Shown: positions 10,217 through 17,768 of the stretch, piece by piece
Numbering within the stretch: position 1 is the stretch's first letter
How the letters are laid out: each line of letters begins with the position of its first letter
Assembly (NCBI GenBank): GCA_016930515.1
Contig: JAFGGO010000188.1
Coordinates: 1 to 33,582 of the forward strand
From: Promethearchaeota archaeon
Lineage (GTDB): Archaea; Asgardarchaeota; Lokiarchaeia; Sigyniarchaeales; SOKP01
Length of the DNA stretch: 33,582 nt
Reading direction: 5' to 3'
Position numbers and translations under genes: made by a program
Notes under the pieces: model-generated
Told to the model about the DNA's origin: nothing
The model's input: the letters and a program-made list of their open reading frames with translations, nothing else
The model's database searches: none

Positions 10217-10227
10217 TCATGACTATC
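10212..10227. other. Perfect 16-bp palindrome GATAGTCATGACTATC over the HUH stop codon
   Basis: Direct reading; extends with one bulge to TACGGATAGTCATGACTATCGTA. Confidence 0.8.
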
Positions 10228-10257
10228 GTATATATTCATTGGAACGCACATTCAAAC

Positions 10258-10449
10258 TTACTTTTCATCTTCTCGTTTTCTAATATCTCTGATTCTCACT
10301 AATTCACGGAATTCCTGCTGTTTTTGCCTTATGATCTTTCTCCGCTCGACGATCCCTATCCTGTTTTTCCTCAGCAAGTCCTCCAATTTCTCGGTAAACT
10401 CTTCGAGCGTCAGGTTCTTGTCCATGACCGAGTCGTAGTCGATGCTCAC
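10258..10449 (-). CDS. Small helical protein (63 aa); its 5' ~47 codons form the core of the array repeat
   Basis: GTG start preceded by a GAGGTG SD; substitutions between copies are mostly synonymous. Confidence 0.6.
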   Translation of the reverse strand: MSIDYDSVMDKNLTLEEFTEKLEDLLRKNRIGIVERRKIIRQKQQEFRELVRIRDIRKREDEK

Positions 10450-10559
10450 TGTGTGGTAATCACCTCAACTAATCTGTTAAAACGACTTGTAACGTAATTT
10501 TACAAGGGTTATTTAAACGAAATATCGAGCCCGCCTTTATATGTGATTGCATTTCGAAA
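10309..10559. repeat. Array repeat R1 (full)
   Basis: GAATTCCTGCTG...GACCGAGTCGTAGTCGATGCTCAC...ATGTGATTGCATTTCGAAA. Confidence 0.95.
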
Positions 10560-10722
10560 GGAAGAATCGAGGAGTTTTATAAGATCCGTTCGGATTGATA
10601 GATAAACGACCATGTTTCGAAGGCAAGATAATGCAACGATAATAACAAATTCAAGGAGAAAATGCGATTGATGACTCTCGAGACCGAAGAATTCAACGAG
10701 AGAAGAACTTCCGAAATCGATC

Positions 10723-10760
10723 GATTCAGTTTCGTACCATTTACCTTTAAATACGAGATT
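10723..10760 (+). promoter_or_regulatory. Conserved promoter block GATTCAGTTTCGTACCATTTACCTTTAAATA (TATA box)
   Basis: Identical 31-mer also at 12899 and 30906, each ~50 bp upstream of a propeller gene. Confidence 0.7.
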
Positions 10761-10804
10761 CGTCTAATGAATATATAATAAAGACTAAATTGAAATTTAA
10801 AAAA

Positions 10805-12439
10805 ATGAAAAGTATAATTTCGAAGAATAGAACAATTTCAACGCTTTTTTTTACGATATTCCTTTTCTCTCTCTCACTTGGGTTCACGATATCTTTTGGA
10901 GGGATGATCAATGGAGATGCCAGGTACATTCCGATGAGTTCAAATGTTCTTAAAACTTCGCAATCTCCAGATTGGAGCTCGGAAAAGGTTGCAATATGCA
11001 CGAAAATAGGAGAGCAATATAAATCCGAATCAATAATTGACGAAGATGGGAATATATTCGTTGTATGGAGAGATAATAGAAATGATGTGGAATCTTTTGA
11101 TTGGGATATTTTCGTTCAAAAGATCAATTCTTCTACAGGAACAGTTCAATGGACGGAAAACGGCGTAGCTGTGTGTGTATCGTCCGAAGAACAGCATTCG
11201 TACAAGCTCATTAGTGATGGTGCTGGAGGGGTGATTATCGTATGGGAGGATTTTAGGAATGATTATTCAGACATTTACGCCCAAAGAATTGATCCTATTG
11301 GTAATCCCCTATGGACTCCAAATGGAACAATTGTGTGTAATTCCATTAGTTGTCAATATAATCCTGGCATTATAAACGATGGTTCTGGAGGTGCAATTAT
11401 TGTTTGGGAGGATTATAGAAGCGGAAGCGGAAAGTGTATTTACGCCCAGAGAATTAACTCCACGGGACACGCGCAGTGGACTGCAAACGGAACGGTAATC
11501 CGCGCTGAAACTGAAAGTCAAACTAATCCCATTTTAATCAATGACGGTTATAATAACGCCATAATTGCGTGGGTAGAATACTCCGATCCTAGCATCTTAT
11601 TTGTTCAAAAAATAAATTCCTCAGGACAACCACAATGGACACCTGAAGGAGTGATAATCAGTACCGATGTAGAAGGTTATCAATTCCACAAAATAATAAG
11701 TGACGGTCTTGGAGGCGCGATAATCACATGGGAAGATATAAGAGAAGGGGAAAATGACGAAAACATATATGCACAGAGATTAAACTCAAGTGGATATGAA
11801 CAATGGGCTTCGGGAGGTCTTTCTGTCTGCAATTCAACAAATAGTCAAACAAGTCCTTTTCTTATAAGCGATGGTTCTGGAGGAGCAATCATTATTTGGG
11901 AAGATGCAAGAAACGGTAATTACCATGATATTTACGCTCAAAAAATCAATCGAATAGGTCAAGAGCAATGGACCAACAATGGTGTAACAATTTGTTTTCC
12001 GTGGGCTCATTCGAGCTTTCACCAGTCTCAAAAGGCCACAGAATTTGTCTTGGGTTTGTGCGGTTTGGTTAGTGATGAAACAGGAGGCACCATTATATCT
12101 TGGAAAGAGTGGAACGGAAACACGGGAAGAATCTATGCACAAAAAATTGATACTAAAGGCAACACCCAATGGAAAACAAATGGTGCTACAGTTTATACAG
12201 GATATTCGGTATCGAGTATGAATTTAGTTAGCGATGGTTCTGGGGGAGCCGTTGTTATCTGGGCAGAATCATCATATCCAGATATTTACTGCAAGCACAT
12301 TCCGTCTCAGGGATTTCCAGAATCCTCTGCAATAGCGGGATATGAATTACATATTATATTGGCGTCTTTGGGAATCGTAATGGTCGTGATTGGAATTTTA
12401 AGAATTAAAAAACGGAATTTTCAACACGAACTCTTTTAA
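10805..12439 (+). CDS. Surface beta-propeller-like repeat protein 1 (N-terminal TM/signal, Loki-CTERM-like anchor)
   Basis: ~57-aa repeats SDGxGGAIIVWEDxR...DIYAQRINSxG..QW..NG; C-terminal IAGY+TM+basic tail. Confidence 0.85.
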   Translation: MKSIISKNRTISTLFFTIFLFSLSLGFTISFGGMINGDARYIPMSSNVLKTSQSPDWSSEKVAICTKIGEQYKSESIIDEDGNIFVVWRDNRNDVESFDWDIFVQKINSSTGTVQWTENGVAVCVSSEEQHSYKLISDGAGGVIIVWEDFRNDYSDIYAQRIDPIGNPLWTPNGTIVCNSISCQYNPGIINDGSGGAIIVWEDYRSGSGKCIYAQRINSTGHAQWTANGTVIRAETESQTNPILINDGYNNAIIAWVEYSDPSILFVQKINSSGQPQWTPEGVIISTDVEGYQFHKIISDGLGGAIITWEDIREGENDENIYAQRLNSSGYEQWASGGLSVCNSTNSQTSPFLISDGSGGAIIIWEDARNGNYHDIYAQKINRIGQEQWTNNGVTICFPWAHSSFHQSQKATEFVLGLCGLVSDETGGTIISWKEWNGNTGRIYAQKIDTKGNTQWKTNGATVYTGYSVSSMNLVSDGSGGAVVIWAESSYPDIYCKHIPSQGFPESSAIAGYELHIILASLGIVMVVIGILRIKKRNFQHELF

Positions 12440-12484
12440 ATCATAAAATTATTTTTTTAAATGTAATAATACTTAAGAGATGAT

Positions 12485-12734
12485 AAATTCCTGCTGTTTT
12501 TGCCTTATGATCTTTCTCCGCTCGACGATCCCTACCCTGTTCTTTCGCAAAAAATCCTCCAATTTCTCGGTAAATTCCTCGAGCGTCAGGTTCTTGTCCA
12601 TGACCGAGTCATAGTCGATGCTCACTTGATAACACCACCTCAACTAAAACGATATTTTGCCTTGTAATAGCATTCTACAAGGGTTATTTAAAAAGAAGAT
12701 CGAGTCATCGTATATATGTGATTGCATTTCGAAA
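12485..12734. repeat. Array repeat R2 (full)
   Basis: Aligns with R1 end to end. Confidence 0.95.
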
Positions 12735-12898
12735 GGAAAAACGCGAGTGGTTTATGAAGTTTGGTTCTCAGTGAATAATAAACAATCGAACTTGACGAGC
12801 GAGAATTAACAATGAGGACGCTAAAATGGAAGTAAAACCGAGAAGAACGCTTGAAACAATCGAGAAATTAGACGGAAAAAGAAGGCACACAAACGATC

Positions 12899-12936
12899 GA
12901 TTCAGTTTCGTACCATTTACCTTTAAATACGAGATT
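12899..12936 (+). promoter_or_regulatory. Conserved promoter block, copy 2
   Basis: Same 31-mer with TTTAAATA. Confidence 0.7.
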
Positions 12937-12980
12937 ATTCTAATGAATATATAACCTAAGATAATTTAAATAAAAGAAAA

Positions 12981-14801
12981 ATGAAAACGAAAACTTCGAA
13001 AAAAAACATCCATATTAAGTTCTTGTTATCGATACTCCTCATATTTCTTGCCCTTGGATTTTTTTCTAATTTAGGCGTTTTAAACCCCGAGAACGATGAA
13101 AACAAACTGATGGATTCAAATCTTAAAACTTCCCAATCCGTTCATTGGGATTCACGTGAGGTTGCTATATGCACGGAAGACGGAGATAAGTATTATTTTA
13201 CATCAATCTACGACGAATTGGGCTCGAGCTTTATCGCGTGGACTGATCAGAGGGACGAAAGTGAAGATAGGTTGTATCTGCAAAAGCTCAATTCGTCCAC
13301 GGGACAAGTTCAGTGGATCGAAAACGGCTTGTTAATTTCTAATAATGTTATGTATCATGATGGAGCATATATGATTAGTGATGGTGCTGGTGGAGTCATC
13401 ATTGCGTGGGAAGACCATAGAACAGGAAGCGCTGACAAGTACGGCGATATCTACGCCCAGAGAGTTAATTCTACTGGAGATATTCTTTGGACAACTGGTG
13501 GCGTGGCAATCTGTTCCACTAACGATTCTCAATGTCAACCTCATATCGTTAGCGATGGATGTGGTGGTGCAATTATCACGTGGTCTGATGGAAGGAATGG
13601 AGCATATAATTACGATATTTACGCCCAAAGAATCAATTCAACGGGACACACGCAATGGATTGCAAACGGAACAGCCGTTTGTAACGAATTGAACTCTCAA
13701 GTTTACCATGCGGTCGTTAGCGACGGATTGGGAGGGGCAATCGTATTATGGCAAGTTTATCTTGAATTAAACGACGCTCTTTTTGCCCAAAGAATCAACT
13801 CCACCGGAAATGTGCAATGGATCGAGGAGGGCGTTAAAATATCCGATTACCTCGGATCTTGGGGCAATTTTCAATTAATTAGCGACAACAATGGAGGCGC
13901 AACCACAGTCTGGCTTGATTGGGAGAATGGACAGTTTAATCCGAAGGTTTACGCACAGAAAATAGATTCAAATGGGACCTTGCAATGGGGGAATTATGGC
14001 ATCCCAGTTTGTACATCAACGGGGAATCAAAATGCTCCAAGAATCATAGGAGACGGGGATGAAGGCGTCATCATCTTGTGGAAGGACGATAGAAACGGAA
14101 ATTACAATATATACGCTCAAAAAATTAATCTTAATGGTGAAGAACAATGGACTCACGATGGCGTTAAAATATGCAATCCAAAATTAGTTTATTCATTAAA
14201 TTTGGTTAGCGATGGGACTGGAGGAGCCATTATTGCGTGGTTAGAATGGAGCGGAAACACGGGAAGAATTTACACTCAGAGAATCGATGACGAAGGTAAT
14301 ACAAAATGGACTCCTAATGGTGTTGCTGTCGTGACGGCATCTGGGATGGAGCGCATGTCATTAGTTAGTAACGGGCTTGGTGGTGCGATCGTATTCATGA
14401 ATAAATACGAGTACCCTTATAATAACATATACGCTCGTTGCATTCCTCACGAGGGCATTGCCAATCCATCTTCTAATCTCGAATTAATCTTGATCATAGT
14501 ACTTTCAATTGTGATAATTTCGATCATAGCAGTGAGTATTTTCGTGGTTCTTAAAAAACGAAAAGCTGGAAAACTCTCTGGTGAAGCAGCTCGCGATAAG
14601 ACCATAGAAAAATTTATGAAAAAGCATAATAGACAAACTCTTGATCCTGATTTTAGGTTAGGATTAGCGCGTCATTACCAAGATAAGGGAGATATCGATC
14701 AAGCGATTCTTAATTACAATATAGTACTCGAGTTAGACCCAGACAATCAAGAAGCCCGAGCGAGCTTGAATTCCATCAACCCTCTCAATCACGAATCCTA
14801 A
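12981..14801 (+). CDS. Surface propeller-like protein 2 with TM and a post-TM TPR
   Basis: Same repeats; TM LILIIVLSIVIISIIAVSIFVVL; TPR LGLARHYQDKGDIDQAILNYNIVLELDPDNQEA. Confidence 0.85.
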   Translation: MKTKTSKKNIHIKFLLSILLIFLALGFFSNLGVLNPENDENKLMDSNLKTSQSVHWDSREVAICTEDGDKYYFTSIYDELGSSFIAWTDQRDESEDRLYLQKLNSSTGQVQWIENGLLISNNVMYHDGAYMISDGAGGVIIAWEDHRTGSADKYGDIYAQRVNSTGDILWTTGGVAICSTNDSQCQPHIVSDGCGGAIITWSDGRNGAYNYDIYAQRINSTGHTQWIANGTAVCNELNSQVYHAVVSDGLGGAIVLWQVYLELNDALFAQRINSTGNVQWIEEGVKISDYLGSWGNFQLISDNNGGATTVWLDWENGQFNPKVYAQKIDSNGTLQWGNYGIPVCTSTGNQNAPRIIGDGDEGVIILWKDDRNGNYNIYAQKINLNGEEQWTHDGVKICNPKLVYSLNLVSDGTGGAIIAWLEWSGNTGRIYTQRIDDEGNTKWTPNGVAVVTASGMERMSLVSNGLGGAIVFMNKYEYPYNNIYARCIPHEGIANPSSNLELILIIVLSIVIISIIAVSIFVVLKKRKAGKLSGEAARDKTIEKFMKKHNRQTLDPDFRLGLARHYQDKGDIDQAILNYNIVLELDPDNQEARASLNSINPLNHES

Positions 14802-14862
14802 AACGATTTCAAATTAAAAGAAATTTTTTTCATTAAAATAAAAATTTATAAGTGAAGGTGCG

Positions 14863-15112
14863 AAACTCTTGGGTCTTAACGCGTATGATCTTTCTCCGCT
14901 CGACGATCCCTATCCTGTTCTTCCGAAGCAAATCTTCCAATTTCTCGGTAAACTCCTCCAAGGTTAAATTCTTGTCCATGACCGAGTCGTAGTCGATGCT
15001 CACTGTGTGGTAATCACCTCAACTATTCTGTTAAAACGACTTGTAATGTAATTTTACAAGGTTTTTTAAATAAGACATCGAGTCATCGTATATATGTGAT
15101 TGCATTTCGAAA
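14863..15112. repeat. Array repeat R3 (full)
   Basis: Aligns with R1. Confidence 0.95.
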
Positions 15113-15207
15113 AGAGCGTAAATGCATTAAAAATTAACAAATGAAACAATAAGCGTTCAAGAAGACAAATATATAAGATTAAATAATTAATTTTATATTA
15201 GTGATCG

Positions 15208-15435
15208 ATGATGAGTAAGATTACGAAAAAGGACTTACACGACCTTATTGAACGAATGCCAGAAGGATTTACATTAGAAGACCTGCAATATCGCTTGTTT
15301 GTCCTTCAAAAGTTGGAGAAAGCAGAAGCGCAACTGAAACAAGGACAAAAAACGACAACGCTCGACGAGATGAGAGATTTGGTAAAACAATGGCGCGGTG
15401 AAATGGAACAAGGAAATACCAGGAACGTTCAATAA
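15208..15435 (+). CDS. Putative antitoxin of a RelE/ParE pair
   Basis: LIERMPEGFTLEDLQYRLFV; paralogous to 21001, 27303 and 28024; lies upstream of the toxin. Confidence 0.7.
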   Translation: MMSKITKKDLHDLIERMPEGFTLEDLQYRLFVLQKLEKAEAQLKQGQKTTTLDEMRDLVKQWRGEMEQGNTRNVQ

Positions 15436-15451
15436 AAAAAATCACTAAAAA

Positions 15452-15736
15452 ATGATTGAAATCCGCTTTCACCCGATTGCAACCGAAGACATGAGGGACA
15501 TTTACACCTATCACGCTCAATTTTCCTTGCAATACGCCGATTCTCTTATAGAAGGGCTTTTAAACACGATAGAAGTTCTCAGAGAGTTCCCCGAAATAGG
15601 TCGAAAATACCCAGAGAACGAACTATATCGTCAATTAATTTATCAAAATTACAGAATCATATACAAATTCGATAAACAAGAAAATAAAATCATCGTGATG
15701 ATCATCGTGCATTGTTCTCGACAATTAAGAATCTAA
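15452..15736 (+). CDS. RelE/ParE family toxin
   Basis: ATEDMRDIYTY...LREFPEIGR...NYRIIY...IVH. Confidence 0.85.
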   Translation: MIEIRFHPIATEDMRDIYTYHAQFSLQYADSLIEGLLNTIEVLREFPEIGRKYPENELYRQLIYQNYRIIYKFDKQENKIIVMIIVHCSRQLRI

Positions 15737-15740
15737 AGGT

Positions 15741-15902
15741 CTCGAGCGTTAAATTCTTGGTTGTCCGTGACCGATTCGTGGTCGATGCTCACTGTTTCAA
15801 CACCACCTCAACCAATCTATAGTTAAGCCTTGTAATGCTATTTTGCAATGGCTTTTTAAACGAAATATCGGGTTGTCCTTTACATGTGATTGCATTTAGA
15901 AA
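15741..15902. repeat. Array repeat R4 (right part only; 4-bp insertion variant)
   Basis: CTCGAGCGTT...CTTGGTTGTCCGTGACC...ATGTGATTGCATTTAGAAA. Confidence 0.9.
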
Positions 15903-16072
15903 GAGAAAATTAAGAGTTTTTCAAGATGATTTTAAAGAAAATTAAAGTAGTCATTACAAATGAGTTAAATTTATAATTTAGCTAGCGCTGGAGGATTTGG
16001 TCAAGATCCTAATGGTTATATGGAGCAAAAACATAAATATTTTGAACTTATAACATAAAATGAAGAAAACTT

Positions 16073-16303
16073 ATGACAACCATACCTGTTGATAAAGAAT
16101 TTTTAGACGATTTGATCGATTTCAAGTTGAAAGCTCTCAAGGAAGAGGTAAATAAAATCCTAGAAAGATGGGATTATAAATCGTCGAACTTATTTCTCCA
16201 GCACGCCATGGACGGTACGATCAACGAAGCAGAAGAGGATGCAATTATATTAAAAAATCTTCAAGATCAAATTCTTGATTTAACGAATAAAAAACAAGAA
16301 TAA
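16073..16303 (+). CDS. Putative antitoxin partner of the DUF6516-like protein
   Basis: Small acidic helical ORF (ERWDYKSSNLF) directly upstream of 16314. Confidence 0.5.
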   Translation: MTTIPVDKEFLDDLIDFKLKALKEEVNKILERWDYKSSNLFLQHAMDGTINEAEEDAIILKNLQDQILDLTNKKQE

Positions 16304-16313
16304 CAGGATTCAA

Positions 16314-16646
16314 ATGAACGCTTTAGAAAAGCTTAATATTGCCAAACTCTTGCTGGAGGAATATTTGGAAAACCTTATCATATCAATATCTGTTAATTAC
16401 GATTTCAAGCGAATCCATGTCCTTTTGAAGGACGGTGTTAACATATACATCGTTTATAACAACCACGAAGAATACAGCTATTCCGTTATTTTTTCCAAAC
16501 TAGAGCTCGATCGTTGTAGGTTTGATAATTACGACAAGGTTTGGGACGTTCCTTCTCGACCGCATCATTTTCATCCAAGATTTAAAAACGAAGCTGTTCA
16601 AAGCAGCATGACGGGCGACCCAAATCAAGACATCCCTCTTATGTAA
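16314..16646 (+). CDS. DUF6516/TumE-like putative toxin
   Basis: YSY...RFDNYD...RPHHFH motif. Confidence 0.6.
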   Translation: MNALEKLNIAKLLLEEYLENLIISISVNYDFKRIHVLLKDGVNIYIVYNNHEEYSYSVIFSKLELDRCRFDNYDKVWDVPSRPHHFHPRFKNEAVQSSMTGDPNQDIPLM

Positions 16647-16703
16647 ATTATTAAAATCAAGAAAATTAATCAAATGATATTAATATTAGTTTGAAAAAGG
16701 GTA

Positions 16704-16813
16704 GAATTCCTGCTGTTTCTGCCTTATTATCTTGCGCCGCTCGACGATCCCTATCCTGTTTTTCCTCAACAAATCCTCCAATTTCTCGGTGAATTTCTCG
16801 AGCGTCAAGTTCT
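16704..16813. repeat. Array repeat R5 (left part only)
   Basis: GAATTCCTGCTG...GAGCGTCAAGTTCT, then homology stops. Confidence 0.9.
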
Positions 16814-16823
16814 TTTTATAATT

Positions 16824-17186
16824 TTACCTAATCCGTATGTTATTTTCTGAAATAATGATTAGTTTATTTAGATATTTATTTTGCTTTAAATCAATATTTT
16901 GCAAGGCTTTTTCTAAAAGCGCATTTGTTGCTTTTGGATGAGGTGATACAACTTGAAGCACTATGATTAATGGTGGTGTCCCCTGAAAAAAGCGATGGAG
17001 CACGCCGAATCCTCTATCGTGAGTTAAGATCGGCAATTTTTTTAAGATAGCGTGTTCAAAAATTTTCTCGTCTTCGATTCCAGCCTGTAAAATATCTTCG
17101 ATTTTTAAAACTTTAAATCCAGCTTTAATCAAGCAGGAAATTGTTGATTTAGCCAGACATTCGTCAACAATTATTTCCATCGACAT
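16824..17186 (-). CDS. DUF5615 family PIN-like toxin
   Basis: IIVDECL...DEKIFEHA...ILTHDRGFG. Confidence 0.85.
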   Translation of the reverse strand: MSMEIIVDECLAKSTISCLIKAGFKVLKIEDILQAGIEDEKIFEHAILKKLPILTHDRGFGVLHRFFQGTPPLIIVLQVVSPHPKATNALLEKALQNIDLKQNKYLNKLIIISENNIRIR

Positions 17187-17198
17187 CCCATTAAATGG

Positions 17199-17441
17199 TT
17201 AAGTGTTAATTATTTCTTCTTCGGGATGATCCATGATATAGGCGGAATAATCTAAAACTGCCCGTATATCTTCGTCCGTAATTCGAGGATATTCCTCAAT
17301 TATTTCTTGAAAAGAAGCACCGTCTCTTAGCATCGTTAAAATAATTGACAACGGTATCCGAGTTCCTTTAATAACTGGTTTACCAGATAAAATTTTAGGA
17401 TCGACAGTAATGCGATCGTTAAATACCTTCATTTTCCTCAA
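17199..17441 (-). CDS. DUF433 antitoxin
   Basis: RITVDPKILSGKPVIKGTRIP...EYPRITDEDIRAVLDY. Confidence 0.9.
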   Translation of the reverse strand: MRKMKVFNDRITVDPKILSGKPVIKGTRIPLSIILTMLRDGASFQEIIEEYPRITDEDIRAVLDYSAYIMDHPEEEIINT

Positions 17442-17524
17442 TAATTATAAAAAAAATCGATCAAATAAACCTTACTATATTCTTAGAGTTAAAATTGACA
17501 AAATTAATATTATAAAACTTACGA

Positions 17525-17714
17525 AGTAAATCCTCCAATTTCTCGGTAAACTCTTCGAGCGTCAGGTTCTTGGTTGTCCGTGACCGAGTCGTAGTCGATG
17601 CTCACTTGATATAACCACCTCAACCAATCTGTAGTAATGCCTTGTAATAGCATTTTACAAGGATTTTTTAAAAAGAAGATCGGGTCATCGTATATATGTG
17701 ATTGCATTTCGAAA
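17525..17714. repeat. Array repeat R6 (right part; 4-bp insertion variant)
   Basis: AGTAAATCCTCC...ATGTGATTGCATTTCGAAA. Confidence 0.9.
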
Positions 17715-17768
17715 AATTCCAGTTTTATGCCAGATGGATTTTTATTTCTAATAAATAATAAGAATGAT

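Noticed and set aside
10309-10559. MITE or IS copies
   Set aside because: No convincing terminal inverted repeats or target-site duplications; all copies share one orientation and are regularly interleaved with cargo
17637-17768. N-terminal extension of the 679-aa ORF
   Set aside because: It starts inside repeat R6; the ATG at 17769 gives an N-terminus like those of the paralogs
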